Below, piece after piece: positions 16,910 through 27,222 of a DNA stretch of 35,532 bases. Source of the DNA: Promethearchaeota archaeon (lineage in GTDB: Archaea; Asgardarchaeota; Lokiarchaeia; Sigyniarchaeales; SOKP01); assembly GCA_016839585.1 (NCBI GenBank), contig JAEOTZ010000022.1, positions 1 to 35,532 on the forward strand, read 5' to 3'. The notes beneath the pieces are model-generated. The model was given only the letters and a program-made list of their open reading frames with translations. It did not search any database and was not told the origin of the DNA. How positions within the stretch are numbered: the stretch's first letter is position 1; each line of letters begins with the position of its first letter. A program made the translations under genes and the position numbers.

Positions 16910-18214
16910 TTGAATATCGAAATTTCGAAAGAAGATTCTGATTATATGTATAATTTTATACAGAGAATAATTGATGAATGCGGACCAAGGATGCCTTGCA
17001 GTCATCAAGAAGCAAAAAGTGCTGAACTTATTAAAAAAGCACTTGAGGAAACATGTGATCAAGTAACAATCGAACCATTTACATGTCATCCTAGAGCTGC
17101 TCTTGGATGGATTAGAATTACAATGGTGCTCATTATATTCTCATTCATTTTATTTTTTTTAATTCAGATGGTTTTTAATTCTTATTGGGCTCTACTTCTA
17201 GCTATCATAACTTTTTGTATTAATTTTATTGCTGTTCTTATTCCATGGTATGAATTTTTCAATTATAGAGAATTTATTGATCCTTTGTTTAAAAAGAGAG
17301 AATCTCAAAATGTTATAGGTAAAATTAACTCAAAAAATGAAATAAAAAAAATAATAATCTTCTCAGCACATCACGACAGTGCTCTCCAATTTAATCTTTT
17401 AAGGTATTTAAAATATGGATATATAATAGTAAATTTTTTAGGTTTAGGTATATTGTTTCTTTGGTTCTTAGTTTCAGCAGTATTTCTAATTCTAACATTA
17501 ATTACTTTTATCATAGGATCAGCTATAATTTATGATATTTTTTTTGCCATAGCACTTTGGTTTATAATTATAGCCTGTATTCCATTAATTCTTTTGTTTT
17601 TCTTTGTGTCTTTTGGTGAAAAAGCTAATAAAGTTCCTGGTGCTGTAGATAATTTAAGTGCTGTTGCAGTTATCTTAGGAATTGGAAGATATCTTAAAAG
17701 GCATAATGAAGTTATACCTCCTAATGTAGAAATAAGGCTTATTTCATTTGGTTGCGAAGAAGCATTTTTAAGAGGGGCTTATCGTTATGTAGAGAAACAT
17801 CTTGATGAACTAAAAACATATGATGCTGAATGTATAAATATGGATGCGCTCCAAAAAATAGAGTATTTAACAATTTCTGATAAAGAACCAACAACTAGGA
17901 CTATTCATAGTAAAGAAGTTGTTCAAAAACTCTTAAAAGCAGCTGAATTAGTAAATATTGAGGTAAAGACTGCTGGATTAGGTGGTGGAAGTTTTATTGA
18001 GAAAATAATGGGGCTGTTAGGTGGTGGTACTGACGCAGCGGCTTTTTCAAAGGCAAAGATTAAAGCTAGTACCATTACAGGTTTGAGTTTATTACAGATG
18101 GTAGATTTTTATCATCAAGAGACAGATACTTTGGATAAGATTGAAAAAGGAGTATTAGAATCAGTTGCTAAGATATGTATTGGATACTTAAAGAAGATAC
18201 CTTCAAAAAATTAA
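16910..18214 (+). CDS. M28/M20-family metallopeptidase with inserted TM hairpins (paralog 2)
   Basis: SAHHDS, GAVDN, GCEEA, NMD, TDA, FYHQ.TDT; colinear with paralog 1 (GPRMPCS.QEAK, EPF.CHP, EFFNY.EFIDP). Confidence 0.88.
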   Translation: MNIEISKEDSDYMYNFIQRIIDECGPRMPCSHQEAKSAELIKKALEETCDQVTIEPFTCHPRAALGWIRITMVLIIFSFILFFLIQMVFNSYWALLLAIITFCINFIAVLIPWYEFFNYREFIDPLFKKRESQNVIGKINSKNEIKKIIIFSAHHDSALQFNLLRYLKYGYIIVNFLGLGILFLWFLVSAVFLILTLITFIIGSAIIYDIFFAIALWFIIIACIPLILLFFFVSFGEKANKVPGAVDNLSAVAVILGIGRYLKRHNEVIPPNVEIRLISFGCEEAFLRGAYRYVEKHLDELKTYDAECINMDALQKIEYLTISDKEPTTRTIHSKEVVQKLLKAAELVNIEVKTAGLGGGSFIEKIMGLLGGGTDAAAFSKAKIKASTITGLSLLQMVDFYHQETDTLDKIEKGVLESVAKICIGYLKKIPSKN

Positions 18215-18281
18215 GATTTTAGCTTTTTCATTTTCTTTTTACATATCTTAGGTCATTAAAAAAAATAGAAATAGTCAATAA

Positions 18282-20855
18282 TTAACTAAATGTATTGAAT
18301 TCATTAGTCCTGTTTGGAACTAGTAATTTTACTAAAATCATGATTAGTATCATGGGAATAACTCCAACTCCGAATACAGCAAATAAAACTAAATTTACTG
18401 TATTTTGTATCTCGATTCTTAAGAAAAACTGACCTGCAGAATCGATTAAATAATGAACTAATATACTTGGTAATAAACTATTTGTCTTAATGAACATATA
18501 GGCAAATGAAATACCTAAACAAGAAGCGTATATTACCTGTAAAACAGTTAAAAAGAGATCTTGCCCAAGTAAATTAACAAAATGGAATAATCCAAATAAT
18601 ATGCCGTTAAGAAAAACAACTGTTAATTTACTGTATTTCCGCAGTTGTAAGTTTAAAATTACTCCTCTAAATGCTACTTCTTCCCAAATTCCAGGTATTA
18701 ACATGATTACAAATAAGAACCAATTAAATCCTAAAAATAAAATTTCAGGAATAAAATAATATGTACCTAATAATTCTCCTAAAAGCACTGTTGATAATCC
18801 AAATATTGCTATACTACCTAATCCAATTACCAAATTCCTCCATAATGGTCTCACTCTACTTAAACCGATCGATCGAGAATGTTCTATAAAAGTCATTTCT
18901 CCATTTGGAAGCTTTAACCCGTATGGAACTATAATCTGCCATAATAGAACTAAAAATCCAACAATTATGAAAAATTGAATAAATAGAGCAGATACCGTGG
19001 GTATATCGAGTAAGAATGGTGATAGGGGTAGTATTACAAAACCTGGAAGAAAAAGGAAAATAAAATATAATATCATTAATACAAGAGTTCCAACATTTAC
19101 ATGCTCTCTTAAGAATCCACCTGTTTTGTATTCTGCCATTTTTTCTGCTTTTGGAAACATCCTAGTAAAAATAAATACTAGAATAGATAATCCACTAACG
19201 CCAATAATAAATAGTGTGATGAGTGTGGGAATTATATCAAAACTAATAAATAGAATAGTTCCAGTTGTTAAAATCACAAAATAAATAGCAAATTCAGAAA
19301 GTATCATACTGATCCATTTTGTTATTTTATGCTCTCTTTGTAATTCTTCTAAAATATACTTATATTTCATTCGCCCAAACAGCTTAATCTTCATTTCAAA
19401 TATGAATAACAATAAAATCCAAGCAAAGGGTAATGTAACTAAGAATAAGAGTAATACAAGTATTGAATTAGTTAGTATTGTGAGCATAATAGATATAAAT
19501 ATGAGTGATATACCCTGGATAGAAAACATCAAAATAATTTTAGCCTTTGCTTGATCGCGAGGGATAATTGGTAATGATGATATTGTTGATGTCCCTGATT
19601 CTTCAATATTTAGTAAACCTGCAATTAACAGTGGTGGAATAAAAAGATAAACCATAAGCACAATTGACCATAAGATTAATATACCTTCTATAGTTGCAAT
19701 CTCATTAATAATTGGTCCTTGTAGTGTTAAAACTAATATTAAAGGATAGAAAATAGGGAAAAAGATAAACATAAAAGATTGCATATCACGTGTACTGGAT
19801 ACTAAATCTTTCCGTACATATGCACGAATAGTAGAAGAAGGTTTTACTTCGACTTGAACCTCTTTCTTCTCTACTTTTTCCACTTTGATTTCAGTAGAAA
19901 TTGTGCTCCGTAGAGCTCGTCTTGCAGTTAGAAATAAAGCCCATGTTACTAATATGAATAAAGCAAAACCAATGAGTGTGCTGAAAAATATTCCTAAAGG
20001 AACCTGGTTTGGCTTAATACTTAATGATAAGAAATATCCAGGAGTAAATGGGAACAATATTAAACTTAAAACTATGTTTATTGTTATAGAAGGCTCGTTA
20101 GTGGCGAAAATTTCTAAAAACATATCAATAGAACTGAATCCCCAGCTCATAACTAATCCAGATCCAAAAGCAATGATAAAATAACCAAGCATAGTTATAA
20201 TTCTAACTATATTCACTTTTTTTGATTTATCCTTTGATTCTGAGAAAAGAAAACTTAATTTTTCTCCCAAAATAATAAGGAAGCTAAAGCTAAAAACAAC
20301 ATTTAGAAAAGAGACTAATAGCGATGAAATGAAAATTAAGAAGTTTTGAGTTCCAATTAACATTATTATTGGAAATCCTAAGACTAATATTATAAGTGGA
20401 ACATCAAGATTGCGAAAAAGGGTCATCAATCCTATTTTTTTCAAATCCTTTTTAGAAAAGGGAAGAGTCTGTAACCATTTGAATGAGTTGCCTGACATGA
20501 ATGAGCTTGTTGAAACCATACCGAACAATATCATGTATAGGAATGTCATGGCAAAATATATTCCAAAAATAAAACTGGACATAAATAAAATCGCATTTAT
20601 TGTATATGTACCATCTCCAATATGACCAAAGATCTCTAAATATGTGGCTAATGGCAAAATAGGTATAAATAAAAGAAGAAATGCAAAAATAAATTTAAGA
20701 GCTAAAAATTGATTTTTAATATACTTCTTATTTTTCTTAAATTTCTCAATAAGTCTTGCCTGATGAGCACCTGCACTTGCTAGTTGTCCATCCATTAAAA
20801 TTTCATAAGTGGGATATTTTGCTAAACGATAATATTTCAACTTTTGTTCTTCCAT
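18282..20855 (-). CDS. ABC exporter permease fused to C-terminal CPBP (Abi/Rce1-like) intramembrane glutamic protease
   Basis: About 570-aa two-repeat multi-TM permease (LQTLPF, RKDL, SSLPI), then CPBP motifs EEVAFRG, FGLFH, S..PSILVH..ID; 14 nt downstream of the ABC ATPase. Confidence 0.82.
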   Translation of the reverse strand: MEEQKLKYYRLAKYPTYEILMDGQLASAGAHQARLIEKFKKNKKYIKNQFLALKFIFAFLLLFIPILPLATYLEIFGHIGDGTYTINAILFMSSFIFGIYFAMTFLYMILFGMVSTSSFMSGNSFKWLQTLPFSKKDLKKIGLMTLFRNLDVPLIILVLGFPIIMLIGTQNFLIFISSLLVSFLNVVFSFSFLIILGEKLSFLFSESKDKSKKVNIVRIITMLGYFIIAFGSGLVMSWGFSSIDMFLEIFATNEPSITINIVLSLILFPFTPGYFLSLSIKPNQVPLGIFFSTLIGFALFILVTWALFLTARRALRSTISTEIKVEKVEKKEVQVEVKPSSTIRAYVRKDLVSSTRDMQSFMFIFFPIFYPLILVLTLQGPIINEIATIEGILILWSIVLMVYLFIPPLLIAGLLNIEESGTSTISSLPIIPRDQAKAKIILMFSIQGISLIFISIMLTILTNSILVLLLFLVTLPFAWILLLFIFEMKIKLFGRMKYKYILEELQREHKITKWISMILSEFAIYFVILTTGTILFISFDIIPTLITLFIIGVSGLSILVFIFTRMFPKAEKMAEYKTGGFLREHVNVGTLVLMILYFIFLFLPGFVILPLSPFLLDIPTVSALFIQFFIIVGFLVLLWQIIVPYGLKLPNGEMTFIEHSRSIGLSRVRPLWRNLVIGLGSIAIFGLSTVLLGELLGTYYFIPEILFLGFNWFLFVIMLIPGIWEEVAFRGVILNLQLRKYSKLTVVFLNGILFGLFHFVNLLGQDLFLTVLQVIYASCLGISFAYMFIKTNSLLPSILVHYLIDSAGQFFLRIEIQNTVNLVLFAVFGVGVIPMILIMILVKLLVPNRTNEFNTFS

Positions 20856-20869
20856 CTTTAATTTCTCCG

Positions 20870-21664
20870 CTATTTTTTCTTCTTAAACGATGCTCGTAAT
20901 TTTTTAACAATCTCATTCACTGAAGTATCTTGCTCAGTAAGACGTAAAAACACATCTTCCAAACTCGCTCCAACCTTATTAGCTTGATGACGTAGTTCTT
21001 CAAAAGTTCCAATCCCTACAATTTTACCCTTATTAATAATAGCTATTCGATCACATAGATCCTGAGCGATTTCCATTATATGAGTTGAAAATAGAACCGA
21101 ACCACCATTTTCAACATGTAGATCCAGTACCTCTTTGAATACTCTAACAGATTTAGCGTCAAGACCTGCAATGGGCTCATCTAAAATAAGTAAATCAGGC
21201 TCATGTAATATTGCAGCAACAATTTGTAATTTTTGCTTATTCCCATGTGATAAAGTAGCAATTAATTGATCATAATATTCAATGGCATCTAGACTTTCTA
21301 AGTACTCTCGGGCACGTTCAGTGGTTGCTTCTTCTTCTAATCCACGGATGGATGCTATAAAGTTAAATAGATCTTTTGGTGTGAGTGATTTGAAGATAAG
21401 GGGTTCTTCTGAAACATATCCGATTCTACGTTTAATTTGGACTTCTTCTCTTTCAGGATTTAATCCAAAAATACTCATTTCTCCTCCATTAGGCTCAAGA
21501 AGACCTAGGAGTAGTTTTATAGTAGTAGTCTTGCCAGCACCATTAGGACCAAGTAGACCAAAAACCTCTCCTTGATGAACATTAAAAGAAATTCCATTAA
21601 CTGCTCTTACATCACCAAAAAACTTTTTTAAATCTTTAATAATAATTACTTCATTTTCTGACAT
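20870..21664 (-). CDS. ABC transporter ATP-binding protein (ABC-2/DrrA type)
   Basis: GPNGAGKTT Walker A, LSHGNKQK signature, LLILDEP Walker B, STH switch. Confidence 0.96.
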   Translation of the reverse strand: MSENEVIIIKDLKKFFGDVRAVNGISFNVHQGEVFGLLGPNGAGKTTTIKLLLGLLEPNGGEMSIFGLNPEREEVQIKRRIGYVSEEPLIFKSLTPKDLFNFIASIRGLEEEATTERAREYLESLDAIEYYDQLIATLSHGNKQKLQIVAAILHEPDLLILDEPIAGLDAKSVRVFKEVLDLHVENGGSVLFSTHIMEIAQDLCDRIAIINKGKIVGIGTFEELRHQANKVGASLEDVFLRLTEQDTSVNEIVKKLRASFKKKK

Positions 21665-21752
21665 ATTTATTCATTTAAATGAATATTTTATTCTATATGT
21701 TTTTAAGGAATACATTTTCTTTTTATATAAATTTAAGAATTATCTTAAATAT

Positions 21753-22712
21753 TTACGTTTCTTGACTTCTTTTTTGCATTATAATTATTATAATGGATAT
21801 TATAACAAGTATAGTCCCCAATAATTGGGCTATTGTAAACACTTCTCCTAGAATAATTGTTGCAAATAAAGCAGAAGTAATGGGAGTAGGAGAAAAAACT
21901 ACTGTTGCCTTAGACACATCAAGATACGAGAGTGTTTTATACCACATAACTAATCCCGCACTATATACAGACCCCATGGTGAAAAAGAATAATAGATTAC
22001 CTGGTTCAATGAAAATCCCTAAATCTGGAGTAAAAATGAGCAAGTAGGTTAATAATAAAATACCACCAGAGATAATATTTCTAATAAATACCATCTGTAT
22101 CGGTGTGACTTCTTCTCTACCAAATATTGGTTTTGTCAATGTATGACCAAAAATCCACATCAGCGAAATTGCTAGAATAATTCCTACACCTATTAAAATA
22201 TTGAGATTAATATCGATTAAAGTGAAAAATTGAGTAATACTAATGGCCAATCCAAGAAATAACAAAATTGAAAAAACGATTTGTCGTTTTGTTATTCTTT
22301 CTTTTAGAAGGATGTATCCTAGAAATAAAGAAAAGAAGACTGTGGTTTTCTGTGTTAAAGAACCATTAATAGCACCTGCCATATCATAACCAACGAAAAA
22401 CAAAATCTGATTTAATCCGAAAAGCAAGCCAATAAAAATGAATAACCAAAAATTTTTCCTCCATCCTCTTAAAAGATGAAATTTTTTAACCTCATTTCCC
22501 TCATTATCAAATATTTGATTGTTTGAATTCATTAATTTGAACTCAATTAACATAATTGGAAAAAAGATCATCATTTCAACTATACAAGTCATAGCTCCTG
22601 AGAGATAAGCATCTGCAGCTTTTGGTCTTAATATAGCGATTATTGGTTGTAAACCTACAAAAATAACACCAATTAAACCCGTTATCAGACCTTTCTTTGT
22701 ATTCTTCTCCAA
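21753..22712 (-). CDS. DMT/EamA-family transporter
   Basis: About 10 TM in two repeats, LGYILLKERIT and PITSALFATIILGE EamA motifs. Confidence 0.9.
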   Translation of the reverse strand: MEKNTKKGLITGLIGVIFVGLQPIIAILRPKAADAYLSGAMTCIVEMMIFFPIMLIEFKLMNSNNQIFDNEGNEVKKFHLLRGWRKNFWLFIFIGLLFGLNQILFFVGYDMAGAINGSLTQKTTVFFSLFLGYILLKERITKRQIVFSILLFLGLAISITQFFTLIDINLNILIGVGIILAISLMWIFGHTLTKPIFGREEVTPIQMVFIRNIISGGILLLTYLLIFTPDLGIFIEPGNLLFFFTMGSVYSAGLVMWYKTLSYLDVSKATVVFSPTPITSALFATIILGEVFTIAQLLGTILVIISIIIIIMQKRSQET

Positions 22713-22888
22713 GCTAATTAGGTATAAGGTTTAGTGTTTATAAAACTTTATTTTATAAGGGTTGAGATAAACATAATAGTCATTCCTATTAGATGATAAT
22801 AAGTAAAAGCTTCTCTGAGAAAAATAGAGAAATTGAAATAAAATTTTATCCAAATCCCTCAAATAAGATTTATTTGTAAAAGAAGATT

Positions 22889-23752
22889 TTGAAATATAAA
22901 ATTAATAAATGCATTAAAAAGGCGATATATATTTCAGATGATTATGCAATCACAACTCAAAACCTTACAAAGGATTTTGGGAGTGTAGTTGCTGTAAAAG
23001 ATCTTAATTTGAAAATACCTTATGGTATAACCTATGGCTTATTAGGTCCTAATGGCGCTGGGAAAACTACTACTGTTCGACTGTTAAATTCAATAATTTC
23101 TCCTACTTCAGGGACAGCTAAAGTTGTAAGTTATGATATTATAACTGAAAGCCAACAGGTTAAAATAAATTGTGGATTTTTACCAGAATCTCCTGGTTTA
23201 TATCAGAAATTAACGGCTAAAGAATTCTTAGAATTTGTTGGAGAATTATATTATTTACCTAAGGAAGTCATCTCCTCCCGTATTGAAGAATTTTTAGATC
23301 TCTTTGATTTAGAAGGGCGAGAAAATGATCTTTTGGAAGGTTATTCAAGAGGTATGAAACAAAAAGTATGTTTATGTGCTGCCTTGATTCAAGATCCCAA
23401 AATATTATTTTTGGATGAACCTACTTCGAACTTAGATCCCGCAACAGCTAGAATGGTAAAAGATCTTATATCTGATCTTGCTAAAAAAGCAGATAAGACT
23501 ATTTTCATCTGTACTCATCTTCTTGATGCTGCTGAAGAATTATGTGACCTAATTGGGATTATTGATAAAGGAGTTTTAAAAGTTGAGGGAAGTCCAAAAG
23601 AAATTATTGATTCTGCAAACGCAGAAGATTTAGAAGATGCATATTTAAAAATTATGGGTGCCACTCGTATCGAAGATTTATTAGCTTGGAGGGAGAAAGC
23701 TCCAAATAATAGCGAAAAAGATATAAAAAAGAAAAGGAAGAAAAGAAGATAG
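22889..23752 (+). CDS. ABC transporter ATP-binding protein (ABC-2 type)
   Basis: GPNGAGKTT, YSRGMKQK, LFLDEP, CTH. Start codon uncertain. Confidence 0.95.
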   Translation: MKYKINKCIKKAIYISDDYAITTQNLTKDFGSVVAVKDLNLKIPYGITYGLLGPNGAGKTTTVRLLNSIISPTSGTAKVVSYDIITESQQVKINCGFLPESPGLYQKLTAKEFLEFVGELYYLPKEVISSRIEEFLDLFDLEGRENDLLEGYSRGMKQKVCLCAALIQDPKILFLDEPTSNLDPATARMVKDLISDLAKKADKTIFICTHLLDAAEELCDLIGIIDKGVLKVEGSPKEIIDSANAEDLEDAYLKIMGATRIEDLLAWREKAPNNSEKDIKKKRKKRR

Positions 23753-23761
23753 AAGATAATA

Positions 23762-25360
23762 ATGGTCCTCTGGAAAGCAATAGCTAAAAATGAAATTAGG
23801 CTGAGAACAAGCCTTTTTCGAAAGCATAGAGTGCTATTTTTCATAACATTATACTCTTTGTTAGTAATATGGGCATTCTTTTTATGTCCAGCCATTTTTA
23901 ATCTCTTTATGCCAACTTTAATTGATCAAATTCCTGAAATTCTATTAGCTGTTGCTCTTATTATTGAGTATGGTATGATGGCTTTCTTTCTCTTTATTTT
24001 TATTTATCCATTAAATACTGTTTATAGAAAGACTGAAATTGGCTTTAAAGAGATTTTATTAGCGTCTCCTGCTACATCTGGAGATATATTTTTAGGTGAA
24101 TTTATTGGAAAATTTCCTATCTATTCAGCTATTATTCTATTGATTGGCCCAATAATAATAGGAATGTTAAATCCAATTATAGACCTTACTCCTATTCAAT
24201 ATATTATAATCTACATATGTATTTTTGGAATGGTAATATTTGCTGCTCTTCTGGGTTCAATTGTTTCATCCTGGCTTGAACATAAGATCGCGAAAAGTGA
24301 GCGTGCAAGAGATTTAGGAAAGATTTTAATATTTCTCCTTTCAATAGCAATGGTGGCTATAATCTATTCTTTACAGTTTTTATTTAATTACCTTATTAAT
24401 AACCCACAATTAAGAAATTGGCTAGTTCTTTATCCTTCTTTATGGTTTTCTAATATTATACTATACTTTATAGATTCTAATTTGATAAGTAGATACTTTT
24501 TGAATATATGGTATAGTAGCACTCTTGTTATATTTGTTCCTCTCATTATTTTATACCTATCATATAAGAGGGCTAATAAATTCTTTACTGTAGAGGGTGG
24601 AATAGAAAAAATGACTTCCATAATTGAAAGAGAAAATAAATTTTATTTATTAATCAGGAAATTCACAGGACATAAATGGGAAGGATTAATAATTACTCAG
24701 TTAAAAGAATTTTTAAGAAGAAGAGAAACTATTATGAAAATTGCTTATTTATCTGGACTAGTAGGTGTATTGGGAGTTATTTTTTCTTTTACTATGGGTA
24801 CAGAAGAAATTTTTGGTGAATCAATAATAATAACAATGTTAATCATAACAGGTGGAATGATGTATGGCTTACTTTTTGGTAGTTACATTTTTGTTGGTTC
24901 AAAAGATCTTATTTGGGTGTACAAAAGAAGCCCTCGAAACATTCATTCACTAGTTTATTCTTATATGTTAGCAATGTTAATTTTTAATGTATTTATGACT
25001 ATTGGTCTAACAATTTTTTTCACTATCTTTTTTGAATTTGATGTTTTTACGATTATCTTTTTCTTTTGTTTCTATCTAATTTATAGTCAGGTAGTTATAT
25101 CTCAAGCAATTGGTATTCAGTGTTTTGCTCCTTCATTTGAGGAGAAAGGTCATACAATGACAACTAACAATCTCATTTTAATGGTACTTCAAATGGTTCC
25201 CTTCCAGTTTCTTTTTATGTTTCTAATAATCATGTTTGATCCATCAACATCTCCAGAATTAGTAAAATTTTATTTTCTTAGTCCAATGTTATTAATTTCG
25301 GCTGGAATTGCTGTTCCCTTATTGTTTTTTGGGATTAAAAAAATAGGTAAGATTGAATAA
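23762..25360 (+). CDS. ABC exporter permease
   Basis: About 12 TM; 9 nt downstream of ATPase; KNEIR, LLASP, KEFLR two-repeat pattern. Confidence 0.8.
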   Translation: MVLWKAIAKNEIRLRTSLFRKHRVLFFITLYSLLVIWAFFLCPAIFNLFMPTLIDQIPEILLAVALIIEYGMMAFFLFIFIYPLNTVYRKTEIGFKEILLASPATSGDIFLGEFIGKFPIYSAIILLIGPIIIGMLNPIIDLTPIQYIIIYICIFGMVIFAALLGSIVSSWLEHKIAKSERARDLGKILIFLLSIAMVAIIYSLQFLFNYLINNPQLRNWLVLYPSLWFSNIILYFIDSNLISRYFLNIWYSSTLVIFVPLIILYLSYKRANKFFTVEGGIEKMTSIIERENKFYLLIRKFTGHKWEGLIITQLKEFLRRRETIMKIAYLSGLVGVLGVIFSFTMGTEEIFGESIIITMLIITGGMMYGLLFGSYIFVGSKDLIWVYKRSPRNIHSLVYSYMLAMLIFNVFMTIGLTIFFTIFFEFDVFTIIFFFCFYLIYSQVVISQAIGIQCFAPSFEEKGHTMTTNNLILMVLQMVPFQFLFMFLIIMFDPSTSPELVKFYFLSPMLLISAGIAVPLLFFGIKKIGKIE

Positions 25361-25403
25361 AATATTAGAATTTCCAAATAAGTTTGATTTATCTTAATTT
25401 TAG

Positions 25404-27221
25404 TCATTTAATATACGTTCCAAACCTAGAAAATTCTTTTAATTGTTTTGAATTAAATATTGGGCCGTCATTACAAACAGAAATATCATTATCTGTGCCA
25501 AGACAACATGAACCGCATAAACCAATTCCACATTTCATTCTTCTCTCTAATGATGCCTGAATCTCAACATTATAAGATTCAGCAATTTCAAATACTTGTT
25601 TCATCATAACTTCTGGACCACATGTTACAATTAAATCGATCTTTTCTTTCTTAATGATCTCTTCGATTGTATCAGTGACAAAACATTTTCTTCCTACTGA
25701 GCCATCATCAGTACTACATAAAATATTAGGAATTAGATCAATTAACCTATCAACAAAAATTAAGGAAGGTTCATCTTTCGCTCCAATTGCCACAAAAACA
25801 TTTTTCTTATTTTGTTTTAATGGTTCAATCAATGAAGTAAGAGCAGCAATTCCCATACCTCCACCAACTATAAGTATATTCGAAGCATCTTCATAATTCC
25901 AAGAATTTCCAAAAGGACCTCGAATTCCAATACTATCCCCCACCTTTAACTCAAATAATTTAGCTGTACCTTCACCAATTTTTTGTACGGTTATTTCAAT
26001 TAAGTTGCCATCAACATTAGAGATAGACATTGGCAAAAAGTCAACATCAGGTAACCAGAGAATAACAAAATTTCCTGGTTTATAAGATGTAGCAATTCTA
26101 GAATTTCTAAAATAAAAGCTCTTAATCTCAGAGGAGTGCTCTATAATTGATTCAATAGGTACAATTTCTGTTTTATTCCTAGTTAAATCTATTATCAATT
26201 CTTCGTTACCTTTTTCCAGAGGTTTTACTTCAAGAATTCCGTTGTTAACAGCAAGATCAAAAACTTCTTTTCCCCTTGGGGTTCTAATTATAACGGTTTT
26301 CCATTCACTTTCACTACCTATTTCACCTATAGAAATATCTGCAAATGAGGCAGTATAATCAGAACATGTAAAACAAACATTTCTTATAGCTTTATCATAT
26401 AAATAATTATAAGGAATTTCATAGGTTTTTGAATTTGTCCTAATTTTCAATTTGAAATTATTCCTATCAGTAAAAATCCTTTGGATTTCACTTGAATCTA
26501 TATTAATCTCCTTATAATATTCTAATAATTGTTGATTATGAAATGTTCCAAAACAGAACGTTCCAATTGCTAATGAAACCAAATCATATGCTTCATAATC
26601 AAATCTTGGATGATTTTCTAATTTTCTTAAACCTTGAATCTGACATGGAGTTCCTACAACAGCAATATCTGTAAATTCTTTATTTATCGCTTCGCCTATT
26701 AATGAAAGTATTGGATTCTGGCTTGGTTTATACCCAATTCCCTTAAATAACTCATTTTGATTCGAAGCAATAATAGGAAAAGGGTTAAAATTTTCATCCT
26801 TATCAGTAATAATTGCTGAATCTATTAGTTTATTCTCCATTGCAATCCATAATAATGCTGTTAATGGTCCAGCTTCCATAGGTATTTTCTCGCGTGCTGA
26901 ATCTGCTACTCTTGAAGAAATAATTTCAATATAGTGCCCTAAAATTTTCTCTTGTTCTTTTGCAAATACCCATTTATCTAATAATGACAATGGAATCTGA
27001 TCTACTCCAGTTTTAGGGCATATATTATAACATAGTCCAAAACCATCCCGACATGTACTTACATCTTTACAAGAACCATCTTCAACAGGTATTTCTTTTT
27101 CACTATCAAATTTTATATTACTACAAAATGCTCCACAAGCCCCACAATATAGGCATTTACCTGCTTTTATAATTTCAGAATCTAATTCCTGCCACCCTTT
27201 TTGGAATTTCTCAATGAACAT
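25404..27221 (-). CDS. Fusion: ferredoxin + FrhB/FdhB (F420-binding beta subunit) + PyrK/NfnA-like FAD/NAD(P)-[2Fe-2S] reductase
   Basis: CLYCGACGAFC and C..C....LCYNICP; FrhB motifs GPLTALL, VGTPCQIQGLRK, GTFCFGTF, CFTCSDYTASFADISIG; then PGNFV, PMSIS, GEGT, RGPFG, GGGMGIA, CGPEVMM, SLERRMKCGIGLCGSC, VCNDGPIF. Domain junction near 26170. Confidence 0.88.
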   Translation of the reverse strand: MFIEKFQKGWQELDSEIIKAGKCLYCGACGAFCSNIKFDSEKEIPVEDGSCKDVSTCRDGFGLCYNICPKTGVDQIPLSLLDKWVFAKEQEKILGHYIEIISSRVADSAREKIPMEAGPLTALLWIAMENKLIDSAIITDKDENFNPFPIIASNQNELFKGIGYKPSQNPILSLIGEAINKEFTDIAVVGTPCQIQGLRKLENHPRFDYEAYDLVSLAIGTFCFGTFHNQQLLEYYKEINIDSSEIQRIFTDRNNFKLKIRTNSKTYEIPYNYLYDKAIRNVCFTCSDYTASFADISIGEIGSESEWKTVIIRTPRGKEVFDLAVNNGILEVKPLEKGNEELIIDLTRNKTEIVPIESIIEHSSEIKSFYFRNSRIATSYKPGNFVILWLPDVDFLPMSISNVDGNLIEITVQKIGEGTAKLFELKVGDSIGIRGPFGNSWNYEDASNILIVGGGMGIAALTSLIEPLKQNKKNVFVAIGAKDEPSLIFVDRLIDLIPNILCSTDDGSVGRKCFVTDTIEEIIKKEKIDLIVTCGPEVMMKQVFEIAESYNVEIQASLERRMKCGIGLCGSCCLGTDNDISVCNDGPIFNSKQLKEFSRFGTYIK

Positions 27222-27222
27222 T

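Noticed and set aside
25404-26170. Calling the fusion simply pyrK
   Set aside because: It is fused to an FrhB module and coupled to kor genes with no adjacent pyrD; the probable pyrF is about 8 kb away on the other strand.
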